Shown in pieces: positions 1 through 9,778 of a stretch of DNA of 37,017 bases (within the stretch, counting starts at the first letter, position 1; each line of letters opens with the position of its first letter). A program made the translations under genes and the position numbers. This stretch comes from Acidobacteriota bacterium (GTDB taxonomy: Bacteria > Acidobacteriota > UBA4820 > DSQY01), in the NCBI GenBank assembly GCA_037384885.1, contig JARRNO010000013.1, forward strand, positions 1 to 37,017. The letters run 5' to 3'. Under the pieces are notes generated by a model, which worked only from the letters and a program-made list of their open reading frames with translations, did not search any database and was not told the origin of the DNA.

Positions 1-1
1 G

Positions 2-196
2 CGCTCGTGGGATTCCTTCCTCGTTCCGCTTCCCTTTTCCCGGGTTGTTTTCGTTTACGGCAAGCCTATTCACGTTCCCAGAGATGCCGACGCGGATGAG
101 CTTGAGCGTTGCCGGATGGCGGTAGAGCGGGGGTTGAACGAGGCCGCCGCGGAAGCGGAGTCGGCCCTGTCCAGGGGGTCCCTATGGAAAGCATGA
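2..196 (+). CDS. DUF374 / lysophospholipid acyltransferase family protein, 3' part only (runs off the window start)
   Basis: Translated by hand, frame 2: RSWDSFLVPLPFSRVVFVYGKPIHVP...SLWKA*. The SWDxFxxPxPFS motif is typical of DUF374. The stop overlaps the yicC start. Confidence 0.75.
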   Translation, partial: RSWDSFLVPLPFSRVVFVYGKPIHVPRDADADELERCRMAVERGLNEAAAEAESALSRGSLWKA

Positions 197-1056
197 CCGG
201 CTATGGTTCCAAAGCGGTGGAGACCTCCGGCATTCGATTGACCGTGGAGATGCGCGGAGTCAATCAGAAGGGTTTGGTCCTCCGGATCGGACTTCCGCCT
301 CAGCTCTGGCATTTGGAAGGGGATTGCCGGCAAGTGCTGCGCTCTTCCATATCGAGGGGACGCGTGGATCTCTCCGTGCGGCTGGAGTTTCTTGAAGAGA
401 AAGCTGTGGAAGTGTCCCTTTCGAGAGGCTTGGCAGGCGCGATGGGCGAGGCTGCTTCCGAATTGAAAGAACGTGGAGTCCTGGAGAGGGGCTTGACCTT
501 CAGCGATCTGGTCAACGTACCCGAGGGGGTTTCCATACGCGTTTCTCCGAATGTGGAAGACGTTGTCCGTTCCCTGTTGGGAGAAGCTGTTTCCGGAGCC
601 CTCGAAGAGTTTGTCGCCTCCAGACAGCGGGAGGGCCGGATGCTTGAGGATCAGTTCCGGCGAGGGTGTGAACGCCTTCAGACCTTTCTCCTGGAGGCGG
701 AGTCCTGCCAGGAAAGCCAGATGGAAACAGCCAGAAAGCGATTGACCGAGCGCCTGAATTCGCTCCAGGTTGAAACGGACCCGGTCCGGCTGGAGCAGGA
801 AATTGTTTTCATGGCGCAAAAATCAGACACCAAGGAGGAAGTCGAGCGATTCAAGGCACATTTGACCTCCATGGGGAAGATCCTGGACGGCAACGCCGAT
901 GCGGTTGGGAAGAGACTGGATCACCTCTTCCAGGAAATGCAGCGCGAACTGTCGACCCTCCTCGCCAAGTCCGTATCCATGGAACTGACCAAAACCGGGC
1001 TGGAAATGAAGTTGATCGTAGAGCAGCTGCGGGAGCAGGTTCAGAATGTCTGCTGA
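184..1056 (+). CDS. yicC: YicC/YloC family endoribonuclease
   Basis: N-terminal SMTGYG and C-terminal GKRLDHLFQEMQRE...EQLREQVQNV motifs. Sits upstream of gmk as usual. Start moved to ATG 184. Confidence 0.93.
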   Translation: MESMTGYGSKAVETSGIRLTVEMRGVNQKGLVLRIGLPPQLWHLEGDCRQVLRSSISRGRVDLSVRLEFLEEKAVEVSLSRGLAGAMGEAASELKERGVLERGLTFSDLVNVPEGVSIRVSPNVEDVVRSLLGEAVSGALEEFVASRQREGRMLEDQFRRGCERLQTFLLEAESCQESQMETARKRLTERLNSLQVETDPVRLEQEIVFMAQKSDTKEEVERFKAHLTSMGKILDGNADAVGKRLDHLFQEMQRELSTLLAKSVSMELTKTGLEMKLIVEQLREQVQNVC

Positions 1057-1720
1057 GGAGACGCGCCACGTTGTTTTAATGGTTCTTTCAGCCCCAACGG
1101 GAGGCGGTAAAACGACGATTGCAAGACATCTCGTGGACAGCGATGAGAGACTGCGGTTTTCCATCTCACACACGACGCGTCCACCGCGGCCGCGTGAAGT
1201 AAGCGATCGTGATTACCATTTCGTTTCGCGCTCCCGGTTCGAAGCGATGGCGAAAAAAGGCGAATTTCTGGAATGGGCAGAGGTCCACGGCCACCTTTAC
1301 GGCACACATCGCTCCGAATACGAGCGGGCCGAAAATGATGGAAAAGACTTGGTGCTCGATATCGACGTTCAGGGAGGACTCCAGGTCAGGCAGGCCTTCC
1401 CCGACGCCACTCTCGTCTTCATTCTGCCTCCCTCGCTGGACGTTCTTTTGACCCGCCTGGAAGGCCGGGCGCGAGAAGGGGGCTTTGACTTGGCAAAAAG
1501 GCTTTCTACGGCCCTGCACGAGCTTGAATATGCGGGAGAATATGGCTATAATGTTAAAAATATGGACTTGGCCGATGCAGTAGAGGATGTCAGATGCATC
1601 CTGGCCGCAGCGCGACGAACTCCGTTGGGGGCGGTTTCATTGGTCGAGCATTTGAGAGAAGAAATCGCAACATGGTTGAGGAGCCATCATGTTCCAGGTC
1701 AGTCAAAAGGTCGGAAGTAA
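1046..1720 (+). CDS. gmk: Guanylate kinase
   Basis: P-loop SAPTGGGKTT, SHTTRPPR, FLEWAEVHGHLYGT, LDIDVQG. Confidence 0.97.
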   Translation: MSAEETRHVVLMVLSAPTGGGKTTIARHLVDSDERLRFSISHTTRPPRPREVSDRDYHFVSRSRFEAMAKKGEFLEWAEVHGHLYGTHRSEYERAENDGKDLVLDIDVQGGLQVRQAFPDATLVFILPPSLDVLLTRLEGRAREGGFDLAKRLSTALHELEYAGEYGYNVKNMDLADAVEDVRCILAAARRTPLGAVSLVEHLREEIATWLRSHHVPGQSKGRK

Positions 1721-1922
1721 ATTTCGCTTTGTTGTACTCGGAGCTCAGAGGGCCCGGCAGTTGATGGACGGGGCGGAGCCGAGAGTGGAAACCGAGTATG
1801 AAAAGCCGGCGTTTGTCGCGCTGAGAGAGCTGCAGGCGGACAAGCTGAAATGGGAAGCTCGCCCGGCTGAAGGTGACGTCGGCGCCGAGCCCGGCGATGT
1901 CATGAAGGTGGAGGCCGGTTGA
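1689..1922 (+). CDS. rpoZ: RNA polymerase omega subunit
   Basis: SKFRFVVLGAQRARQL...KPAFVALREL; gmk-rpoZ synteny. Confidence 0.93.
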   Translation: MFQVSQKVGSKFRFVVLGAQRARQLMDGAEPRVETEYEKPAFVALRELQADKLKWEARPAEGDVGAEPGDVMKVEAG

Positions 1923-2032
1923 AGCCCGTAACGTTGGAACAGAAGGGTTTATCATAAATCAAAGTTCATTGTGATCACGAAGAAATGGCATTTGCGAAGA
2001 AGCCAGAGAACGACCACAAATAGGAGGACTCG

Positions 2033-2932
2033 GTGATGAATACCGGATTTAAAGTGGCAGTCGTCGGAACCCTCGTTGTTCTGACCGTGGCTTGTTGCCG
2101 CAAAGCGCCGAAGGAAGTGGGAGATGCTTCTGCGGCTTTGAACGATTTGCAGAGCACCTGCGCCTCGACGTATGACGCCTCAGGCCTTTCCGAAGCGCAG
2201 AATATGATGTCGCAGGCCAATGATCTCGTTGCGAACAAAAAGTGCAAAGACGCCAAGGCAAAGGCCCTGGACGTCATGAAGAAAGTCGACGAGGTCAAGA
2301 AGGCCACCGAGGAGGAGCAGGCGAAGGCGAAGACCGATGCCGAGTCCGCTATTTCCAGCGCGAAGGATGCGATCAAGGATGCCGAGAGCGCAAAGGCGCC
2401 GGAATATGCTGCTTCCACCTACCAGCAGGCGCAGGATTCGTTGAACGAGGCCGAGAACCTCATGTCCCAGAGCGCGTGCAATTATTACAAGGCCAAGGAC
2501 GCCGCCAACAAGGCCCACGATCTTGCCGTCAAGGCGAAGAGCGATGCAGAGGCGGAAGTTGCCCGGATCAAGGCCGAAGAGGCGAGCAAGCGTGCAGAGG
2601 CCGAAGCGGCCCTGAAGGCGCATCCGAAGACCTACACGGTCGTCAAGGGTGACTGCCTGTGGAAAATCTCCGCCAAGGACAAAATTTACGGCAATCCTTT
2701 TATGTGGCCGCTGATTTGGAACGCAAACCGCAATCTGATCAAGAATCACCCGGATCTGATCTATCCCGACTGGGTGCTGAAAATCAACCGCGACTACACG
2801 GACAAGGATGCCAAGAAGGCCGACTGGACCGCCAGGCACCATCATTGGGAGCCGAAGGCCCCCGAAGCCCCTAAGGACGTCAAGACGGCTCCTTCAGAGG
2901 CCCCCGCCGGCGGAGGCCAATCGGGCAAGTAA
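2033..2932 (+). CDS. Lipoprotein with Ala/Lys-rich helical (DUF4398-like) repeats and a C-terminal LysM domain
   Basis: SD AGGAGG; lipobox-like LTVAC; LysM YTVVKGDCLWKIS...IWNANRNLIKNHPDLIYP. Confidence 0.85.
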   Translation: MMNTGFKVAVVGTLVVLTVACCRKAPKEVGDASAALNDLQSTCASTYDASGLSEAQNMMSQANDLVANKKCKDAKAKALDVMKKVDEVKKATEEEQAKAKTDAESAISSAKDAIKDAESAKAPEYAASTYQQAQDSLNEAENLMSQSACNYYKAKDAANKAHDLAVKAKSDAEAEVARIKAEEASKRAEAEAALKAHPKTYTVVKGDCLWKISAKDKIYGNPFMWPLIWNANRNLIKNHPDLIYPDWVLKINRDYTDKDAKKADWTARHHHWEPKAPEAPKDVKTAPSEAPAGGGQSGK

Positions 2933-2947
2933 TCCGTTGCCGGATCC

Positions 2948-2984
2948 GGAGGGCGGAGGAACTTTCCTCCGCCCTCTCTTCTCT
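2948..2984 (+). terminator. Strong hairpin, probable intrinsic terminator or attenuator after the LysM gene
   Basis: GAGGGCGGAGGA-actt-TCCTCCGCCCTC, a 12-bp perfect stem followed by a pyrimidine tract. Confidence 0.6.
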
Positions 2985-3941
2985 ATGCAAACACTCCAGT
3001 ACCCTGAAGAGTTTATTCACCAGATTCTCGGCCCCCGCGAGCAGAACGCGCAAGAAATCGCGGACATTGTCGGCCTTAAAGTGTCGGCTCGAGGGGACAG
3101 CCTTCTCCTGGACGGCGAGCCCGAATCCGAGGAATTGTGCCGGGACGCCCTCGACCAGCTGCTTCCCGTTTTCCAGTCCGGCATCAAGATTTCTCCGGGA
3201 GATTTCAAAACGGCATTAATTTTACTGGGAACGGAAGAGCGGCTTGATCTGCTCTCGTTTTATCGGGACACCAAGGTTCAATGTTCCCATGGCCGCGTGG
3301 TCTTTCCCAAGAGCCTGAACCAGGGACGCTATCTCCGGACCATCCGGGAGAACGACGTGGTTTTCGGAATCGGCCCGGCCGGTACCGGAAAGACCTATTT
3401 GGCCGTGGCGATGGCCGTGTCCTGGCTTCGAGAAAAGAAAGTCAAGCGAATCATTTTGACCCGGCCGGCCGTGGAGGCCGGAGAAAAGCTCGGGTTCCTG
3501 CCCGGGGACCTGGTTGAAAAGGTCAACCCCTATCTCCGCCCGCTTCTTGACGCCCTTTTCGACCTGATGGAAGCGGACCGGGTCAACAGGCTGAACGATA
3601 CGGGAATTATCGAGATCGCGCCGATCGCCTTCATGAGAGGAAGGACGCTGAACGACTCCTTTATCATCCTGGACGAGGCGCAGAACACAACGCGCGACCA
3701 GATGTTGATGTTCTTGACAAGATTGGGATTCAATTCAAAAGTTGTTATCACTGGAGACATCACGCAGATCGACATTGATCCTTCAAGGCGCTCCGGCCTG
3801 GTTGACGCCATTCAGGTGCTGAAGAATATTCAAGGGGTCGAATTTCTCCATTTTACGGAGAAGGATGTGGTCAGGCATCCACTCGTTCAAAAGATTATTC
3901 GTGCCTATGAAAAGGCACCGGACCGCCGAGCAGGCGGATAG
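2985..3941 (+). CDS. phoH: PhoH family ATPase (YbeZ)
   Basis: GPAGTGKT, RIILTRPAVEAGEKLGFLPGD, MRGRTL, DEAQN. Start moved to ATG 2985. Confidence 0.96.
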   Translation: MQTLQYPEEFIHQILGPREQNAQEIADIVGLKVSARGDSLLLDGEPESEELCRDALDQLLPVFQSGIKISPGDFKTALILLGTEERLDLLSFYRDTKVQCSHGRVVFPKSLNQGRYLRTIRENDVVFGIGPAGTGKTYLAVAMAVSWLREKKVKRIILTRPAVEAGEKLGFLPGDLVEKVNPYLRPLLDALFDLMEADRVNRLNDTGIIEIAPIAFMRGRTLNDSFIILDEAQNTTRDQMLMFLTRLGFNSKVVITGDITQIDIDPSRRSGLVDAIQVLKNIQGVEFLHFTEKDVVRHPLVQKIIRAYEKAPDRRAGG

Positions 3942-3971
3942 CGGCGCCTGGGCAGGGAATTAGAGGCCGGC

Positions 3972-6317
3972 ATGGGGAATCAGTCGGACAATTCGGACAG
4001 TACAGCGGCAAGGGCCAGGTTGAGGCGGCAGGACAAGAAAAGGGGCCCGGCGCAGTCTATTCGTGAATTCTTACTTGAAAACGAATGGTTCTGGGGTTCG
4101 ATCTTCCTAATCCTCGTCTTCCTGATCTTCACCCGGCATTTTCGTGTTCAACCGCCGCCGAATCTGCCTCTTGGCGCGGTGGCATCCAAGGATATCAGGG
4201 CGCCCTTTGATCTTCAGATCGTGGATGAAGTCGCCACAAAAAAGAAACGTGAAGAAGCCCGTGCGAAGGTTGTGCCGGTTTTCGACTGGGATTCGCAACA
4301 GCCGCAGATCCTGTCCGAGAAGGTCCACACAACCTTTGAGAAGGCCCGTTCGCTGCTGAAGGGATACCGGGAGCAGGAAAAAAGCCGCAAGATGACGCGG
4401 GCCGAAAGAAAGGAAGCGGACCGCCAGTTGATGTCTTCCCTTGAAGACGCCTTTGGCGGAGGAATCTCGCGTTTTGCAATCCGGCAGTTTTTAAGAGAGG
4501 ATTTCAGCGAGAAGACCGAGGGGGAAATAGAAAACGTCCTGAAGCAGGTCGCATCCCGCAAAATCGCTGCCGATATGGCCACCCTCCGGAGGTACCCCGT
4601 CATTCACATACGGGACATCCGGAAATCCAACGTGGAGTGGGAGCAGAACAATCCCTCCCAAAGCGATATCCTCAGCATGTCCGAGGCGTCCCGTCTGCCC
4701 GGAACCCTTCTAAGCCTTCTCCAGCCCAACCTGACCTTCAACAGCCAGGAAACTGCAAAACGGCAGGACGCGGCGGCCGAGCAGGTTGAGCCGCTGGTGG
4801 TGTATATTCAGAAGGGCCAGATGATCTTGCAGGCAGGGCAGAAAGTGGACGACAGCGCTCTCCAGAAGATTCACGCCTTCCGGCGCGCCAGCCGGAAGAT
4901 GGTGAACGTGCCCCTTCTCGTGTCCCTGTTCCTGTTTCTGCTGCTTTTGCTGATCTTCACATTCATGTACTTGAAATCTTACCGCAAAATCCATTACCCC
5001 GAACTGAATCTCTTTGTCCTGGTGATTCAGATCACGATCATTTTCCTTCTGCTGTCCCAGTTTATGCTATATTTTCTGGGACTCTTCGCCGACAGCGCGA
5101 AAACGGCGCTCTTCAGCCGGACGGATCTCACGGTCTTTCTTATTCCGGTTGCGGCGGGGGCCATGGTCGTGACCTTTCTCGTGGATAAACACATCGGCGT
5201 CATTTACTCGATCTTTTTTGCCATCTTTTTCGGCGTACTGCTCGACTTCAATTTCCAGATGACGCTCTTCGCAATTCTTTCTTCTTTTACAGCCATCTAC
5301 GCGGCCCAGAATTTAGCGCAGCGATCGGCTCAGTGGAAAGCCAGCCTCTTGATCGGCGGGGTAAACATGGCGCTTGCCGCTGCTATCCTGGCCAACGATC
5401 CCATTTGGGAACACCCTGTTCATCTCCTCTACCCTTTATCGCTCGCCTTCGCCGCAGGGTTTCCACTGACCACGATGATCGTGTCGCCCGTTGTCCCGCT
5501 GTTTGAAAACGCTTACGGAATCCTGACGGAACTGCGCCTCCTGGAACTGTCGAGCATGAACCATCCGCTGCTCCGCCGTCTGGCAATCGACGCCCCGGGA
5601 ACCTACAACCACTCCATCATGATGAGCACGCTGTCTGAAGCGGCTGCCAATGCCATTGGGGCAAACGGCCTCTTTTGCCGGGTCGCCTGTTACTACCATG
5701 ACATCGGGAAGCTTCTGAACCCCGTTTACTTTGTGGAGAACCAGGTGCCGGGGCAGAACCCTCACGACAAGCTGACGCCCAGGATTTCGGCGTTGATCGT
5801 CGCGGCCCACATCAAGGAGGGGAAAGCACTGGGACGGCAGTACGGTCTGCCGCAGGCGGTGGTCGACATCATTCCGCAGCACCATGGTACGAGAAAGATC
5901 TCGTATTTTTATGACAAAGCCATGACGATCGTTGATCCGGAGAAGGAATCCCTGAATGAGGCGGACTTCCAGTACCCTGGGCCGAAGCCGAGGAGCCGCG
6001 AAGCGGCGATCATCATGCTCACCGATGGCGTCGAGGCGGCTTCGCGCGTTCTGAGGGAACCGTCGCCACAACGAATCCGGACGCTGATTTCAGAGATTGT
6101 TGCGAAAGTGGTCAAAGAGGAGCAGCTGGACGAAAGCAACCTGACTTTCAGCGATCTGGCTCTCGTGCAGGATGCTTTTTACCAGATTCTCATCGGGGTC
6201 TTCAGCCGGCGGATTTCTTATCCCGGCTACAAGTTCGACAAGGAGGAAGGGGGCCGTGAAAGGGAGAGAAGTGGTCCTGACCAGCCGGGTCCGCGCTCCA
6301 AAGATTCAGAAAAATGA
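3972..6317 (+). CDS. 7TM-HD membrane phosphohydrolase (PgpH-like cyclic-di-AMP phosphodiesterase family)
   Basis: Extracytoplasmic domain and multiple TM helices, then APGTYNHS, YYHDIGK, QHHGT, YPGPKP. Lies between phoH and ybeY. Confidence 0.9.
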   Translation: MGNQSDNSDSTAARARLRRQDKKRGPAQSIREFLLENEWFWGSIFLILVFLIFTRHFRVQPPPNLPLGAVASKDIRAPFDLQIVDEVATKKKREEARAKVVPVFDWDSQQPQILSEKVHTTFEKARSLLKGYREQEKSRKMTRAERKEADRQLMSSLEDAFGGGISRFAIRQFLREDFSEKTEGEIENVLKQVASRKIAADMATLRRYPVIHIRDIRKSNVEWEQNNPSQSDILSMSEASRLPGTLLSLLQPNLTFNSQETAKRQDAAAEQVEPLVVYIQKGQMILQAGQKVDDSALQKIHAFRRASRKMVNVPLLVSLFLFLLLLLIFTFMYLKSYRKIHYPELNLFVLVIQITIIFLLLSQFMLYFLGLFADSAKTALFSRTDLTVFLIPVAAGAMVVTFLVDKHIGVIYSIFFAIFFGVLLDFNFQMTLFAILSSFTAIYAAQNLAQRSAQWKASLLIGGVNMALAAAILANDPIWEHPVHLLYPLSLAFAAGFPLTTMIVSPVVPLFENAYGILTELRLLELSSMNHPLLRRLAIDAPGTYNHSIMMSTLSEAAANAIGANGLFCRVACYYHDIGKLLNPVYFVENQVPGQNPHDKLTPRISALIVAAHIKEGKALGRQYGLPQAVVDIIPQHHGTRKISYFYDKAMTIVDPEKESLNEADFQYPGPKPRSREAAIIMLTDGVEAASRVLREPSPQRIRTLISEIVAKVVKEEQLDESNLTFSDLALVQDAFYQILIGVFSRRISYPGYKFDKEEGGRERERSGPDQPGPRSKDSEK

Positions 6318-6690
6318 GTTGATTGCCTTTCTTCTCGACCTGATGGGACGGTTGAATTTACAGGGTTCCGTTCATGTTTTGGTTTGTGGGAAAAGGAGGA
6401 TGGCGAATTTAAACCGCGAGTTCAGGGGCATCAGCGGCCCTACTGACGTTCTGTCCTTTCCTGATGGCACCCCTGGAGAAGACGGGGTCATCCATATCGG
6501 AGATATTGCTGTGGCGGCAAGGGTTGTAGAGGAAAACGCCCGAAGGCTCGGCCACGGCTTTGAGGAAGAAATGAAGCGAATGTTGCTCCACGGATTGTTG
6601 CACCTGCTCGGATACGATCACGAGGCCGACAACGGACGCATGCGGCGCAAGGAACTAAAGCTGGCCCGGGAATGGGGTTTGCCGACATGA
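6256..6690 (+). CDS. ybeY: rRNA maturation RNase YbeY
   Basis: PTDVLSF, GDI, HGLLHLLGYDH. Start taken as GTG 6256 (uncertain). Confidence 0.94.
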   Translation: MKGREVVLTSRVRAPKIQKNELIAFLLDLMGRLNLQGSVHVLVCGKRRMANLNREFRGISGPTDVLSFPDGTPGEDGVIHIGDIAVAARVVEENARRLGHGFEEEMKRMLLHGLLHLLGYDHEADNGRMRRKELKLAREWGLPT

Positions 6691-7973
6691 ACCAGTTTCT
6701 GTTTTACGCATCGGCGGTTCTCCTGTTCCTCCTTCTCCTTGTGAGGGCCAGCCTGAACAACCTTTCAGCCATGACGCTGGTCAGACTGGCGGATGAAAAG
6801 CTTCGCCTGTCCTTTTTCCTGAGATCCTACCTGCATCACAGGGCCGCGTTTCAGATGGCCCTACAGTTCTGGCTCATTGCCCTGGGGGCAAGCTTCCTGT
6901 GTCTCTGCGGCGCGGGAGCCTATTCGGGGAAGCTGCAGACACCGGGAGGACTCCGCCTGCTCGGGGGCCTCATTCTGTTTGTGGTGATCCTCCTCTTCAC
7001 GCAGTTTCTGGCGTCATGGCGCCCGATCGTCATGTTGAAGGGCACGCTCCCCGTGCTGAACGCCGGGGCCTGGATCTTTTTTCCTCTTCTTTTCCCCTTG
7101 GGGAGCCTTTTTAAGGCGCTTCTCGCACGGGACAGACTGAACCATGGGAGGGAAGAAGAAGACAAAGAAGAGAACATCGCAGCCCTTATCAACGTGGGCC
7201 AGCGTGAGGGCATCCTGGAGGGGGAGGACTCCCATCTTATCCAGCAGGTTCTCGAGTTCGGCGATACCGTTGTAAGCGAAGTGATGACGCCGAGGACAGA
7301 CATGGTCTGTGCGGAAGCACAGGCGCCGCTGAAAGCGGTTTTTGAAATTCTGGCGAAGAGCCGGCACACCAGGCTGCCCGTCTACCGGGAGCAGATTGAC
7401 AACATCGTGGGCGTCGCGTATCTGAAAGACCTCCTGGAACCCATGCTGTCAGGGGGAGAAGATGCACCGGTGAAGGAATATGCCCGCCCTGTGACCTTCG
7501 TGCCGGAAAACAAGCTTATCGCTGAACTCCTCAAACAATTCCAGCAGCAGAAGATGCAAATGGCGATTGTGGTCGACGAATACGGCGGCGTGGACGGACT
7601 TGTCACGACAGAAGATCTCTTGGAAGAAATTGTGGGAGAAATCCAGGAGCTGGGCGAACTGGAGGGAGAATCGCTCGTTCCGGTGGACGACCGAACGGTA
7701 GAGGCGCTTGGAAGGGCCTCCATCGACGACTTGGCGGATGCGCTGGACGTGGAGCTGAAAGATGGCGACTACAACTCCATTGCGGGATGGATTAGCACGG
7801 CGCTGGGGGCGATCCCCCATTCCGGGGAAAGCATGGAAGTCGAGGGGCTGAAGGTCACCATCATGGCCGCCGACAAGAAGCGCATCTTGAAGGTCCGGGT
7901 GGAGAGGCCGGCCGGAAAGCAGGAAGACGGAGCCGGTGTGGGGGAAAAGGAGAAAGGTAATGGTCATCGCTGA
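6687..7973 (+). CDS. Hemolysin/CNNM family protein (TM region + CBS pair + CorC_HlyC domain)
   Basis: [47 protein letters not shown] overlap with ybeY. Confidence 0.92.
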   Translation: MNQFLFYASAVLLFLLLLVRASLNNLSAMTLVRLADEKLRLSFFLRSYLHHRAAFQMALQFWLIALGASFLCLCGAGAYSGKLQTPGGLRLLGGLILFVVILLFTQFLASWRPIVMLKGTLPVLNAGAWIFFPLLFPLGSLFKALLARDRLNHGREEEDKEENIAALINVGQREGILEGEDSHLIQQVLEFGDTVVSEVMTPRTDMVCAEAQAPLKAVFEILAKSRHTRLPVYREQIDNIVGVAYLKDLLEPMLSGGEDAPVKEYARPVTFVPENKLIAELLKQFQQQKMQMAIVVDEYGGVDGLVTTEDLLEEIVGEIQELGELEGESLVPVDDRTVEALGRASIDDLADALDVELKDGDYNSIAGWISTALGAIPHSGESMEVEGLKVTIMAADKKRILKVRVERPAGKQEDGAGVGEKEKGNGHR

Positions 7974-8268
7974 GGTTTCTCTGGTGCCGCTTGGGACCGG
8001 TGCATCGGTCGGCGCAATGGTCTCTGAAGTCGTCCGGCTGATCAGAGAAAGCGGAGTCCGCTACGAGTTTCACGCCATGGGGACTAACCTGGAAGGGGAA
8101 TGGGACGACGTGATGACACTTGTCCGCCGGTGCCACGAGAGACTTTTCGAACTCGGTGCTCCCCGGGTCAGTATCACCATGAAAATTACCGAAAGAAGAG
8201 ACAAGAGGGAATCTATCGAATCCAAGAAAACCCGAGTGAGGCAAATGCTCGGGGAACATCAAAACTGA
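7960..8268 (+). CDS. MTH1187/YkoF-like thiamine-binding family protein
   Basis: [12 protein letters not shown]...YEFHAMGTNLEGEWD...PRVSITMKI pattern. Confidence 0.88.
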   Translation: MVIAEVSLVPLGTGASVGAMVSEVVRLIRESGVRYEFHAMGTNLEGEWDDVMTLVRRCHERLFELGAPRVSITMKITERRDKRESIESKKTRVRQMLGEHQN

Positions 8269-8289
8269 AGCGCAACGCGGCCGAGCGTC

Positions 8290-8319
8290 TTGCCAGAAGT
8301 GGCTGAAGTGTGGTACCGT
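8290..8319 (+). promoter_or_regulatory. Putative sigma70 promoter for rplY-pth
   Basis: TTGCCA-18 nt-TACCGT with an extended TG. Confidence 0.4.
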
Positions 8320-8362
8320 ACTGCGTTCGTGAGGGAATAAGGCCTCTCCTGAGGAGTGGAAC

Positions 8363-9052
8363 ATGGCAAAACCTTTTATCGAAATGGAAGTTGAACCCCG
8401 GGAAATCACCGGAAAAAAAGGACGGCGCGATGCGGCCGCCCGGGAAATGATTCCGGGAGTGGTCTACGGTGGGGGAAAGAACCCTGTTCCGATTTCCGTG
8501 GACCCGCGCACGATTATCCAGGTGCTTCGTTCAGAGAAGGGAATGAACTCGATTCTTCTTTTCTCCCTGAAGGGCACCAAGGCCCAGCGGCACGTCATGA
8601 TCAAGGATTTTCAGGTGGACCCCACCACGAACACGCTGATCCACGCGGATTTCACGAGGATCATGATGGATCAGAAAATCCGGGTATACGTGCCCCTCGC
8701 CTTTGATGGCGTCGCTGCCGGCGTGAAGACGCAGGGCGGGATCGTGGATATCATTGTGCGCGAGCTGGAAGTCGAATGTCTTCCGAATGATGTGCCCGAT
8801 CGAATTCACGCCGACCTGACCCCGCTCATGATCGGCGACAGCGTTAAGCTCGGGGATCTTCAGGTGCCCGACGGGGTCCAGGTCCTTGCTGAGGATAAAT
8901 CCCAGCCGGTTGTCCTGGTTGAAGCGCCACGCGTCGAGGTCGAGGAAGAAGAGGCCGAAGAGGCCGAAGCCGAGGCCGGCGAGGAAGAGGCGGAACCGGA
9001 AGTGATCAGCCGCGGGAAGAAGCCGGAAGATCAGGAAGAGGAAGAAGAGTAA
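8363..9052 (+). CDS. rplY: 50S ribosomal protein L25/Ctc
   Basis: IPGVVYG, HADF, GVKTQGG, VECLP and an acidic tail; followed by pth. Confidence 0.96.
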   Translation: MAKPFIEMEVEPREITGKKGRRDAAAREMIPGVVYGGGKNPVPISVDPRTIIQVLRSEKGMNSILLFSLKGTKAQRHVMIKDFQVDPTTNTLIHADFTRIMMDQKIRVYVPLAFDGVAAGVKTQGGIVDIIVRELEVECLPNDVPDRIHADLTPLMIGDSVKLGDLQVPDGVQVLAEDKSQPVVLVEAPRVEVEEEEAEEAEAEAGEEEAEPEVISRGKKPEDQEEEEE

Positions 9053-9073
9053 AGGTGTACCGGATGTCGCGGA

Positions 9074-9673
9074 ATGGGGGCTGATTACCTTATCGTGGGC
9101 CTTGGCAATCCGGGGCCCGAGTACGAGAAAAGCCCCCACAACGCGGGATTCGCGGTTGCAAGATCCGTGCGGGCCCTTAGCGGGGGCCCGCATTTTTCTT
9201 CACAGGGAAGGGCGCTCGTTTCGCGCTGCCGATGGCGGGGACGCACTCTTCTGGTCGTGCTTCCCCAGAGTTTCATGAATCGGTCCGGGAGCGTTGTGGG
9301 CCCTATGGTTGCGAAGCTCGGCATTCCCCTCCAGCGGCTGGTTGTCTGTTATGACGATCTGGACCTTCCGTTTGGTGTGGCTCGAATGCGTGAAAAGGGC
9401 GGTGCAGGAGGACACCACGGAATGGAATCCATCATTGCTGCAATCGGGTCACATGATTTCCCGCGCGTCAGAGTCGGGATAGGTTCCGGCGTAGACAAAG
9501 ACGAGAACGTCGACTATCTGTTGACCCCCCTGATCTCTGACCGATGGACTCTCATCCGGGACGCGGCGGACCGGGCCGCTCACGCGCTTCTTGATGCGGC
9601 GGGCGGCGGCTGGGGCAGGGCCATGAGCGCTTTCAACCGCGCAGACAGGCTTCGGCTCGAAGATCCCGAATGA
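9074..9673 (+). CDS. pth: Peptidyl-tRNA hydrolase
   Basis: LIVGLGNPG, HNAGF, FMNRSG, DDLDL, GGHHG. Confidence 0.96.
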   Translation: MGADYLIVGLGNPGPEYEKSPHNAGFAVARSVRALSGGPHFSSQGRALVSRCRWRGRTLLVVLPQSFMNRSGSVVGPMVAKLGIPLQRLVVCYDDLDLPFGVARMREKGGAGGHHGMESIIAAIGSHDFPRVRVGIGSGVDKDENVDYLLTPLISDRWTLIRDAADRAAHALLDAAGGGWGRAMSAFNRADRLRLEDPE

Positions 9674-9727
9674 CGATCGCAAGAATCCACCCATCGGATC
9701 GGCGGGGGGGCTGGATGGCCGAAACCC

Positions 9728-9756
9728 TTGTATCTTAGGCGTTTATCTAGTAAAAT
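9728..9756 (+). promoter_or_regulatory. Putative sigma70 promoter for the pheST-zapBA-rny-ymdB run
   Basis: TTGTAT-17 nt-TAAAAT, followed by SD AGGAG before pheS. Confidence 0.65.
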
Positions 9757-9778
9757 CTACGGTCTGTAGAGGAGTTCG

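Noticed and set aside
70-819. Long antisense and alternate-frame ORFs here and elsewhere (2180-2845, 9908-10810, 14088-15257, 21105-22376, 26911-27912, 29204-30139)
   Set aside because: They overlap well-supported genes, carry no motifs, and are expected shadows in GC-rich coding DNA.
4680-4730. Possible short in-frame deletion in the 7TM-HD extracellular domain (CCTTCT-aag-CCTTCT)
   Set aside because: Total length (781 aa) is normal for the family and this region is variable; it cannot be supported without an alignment.
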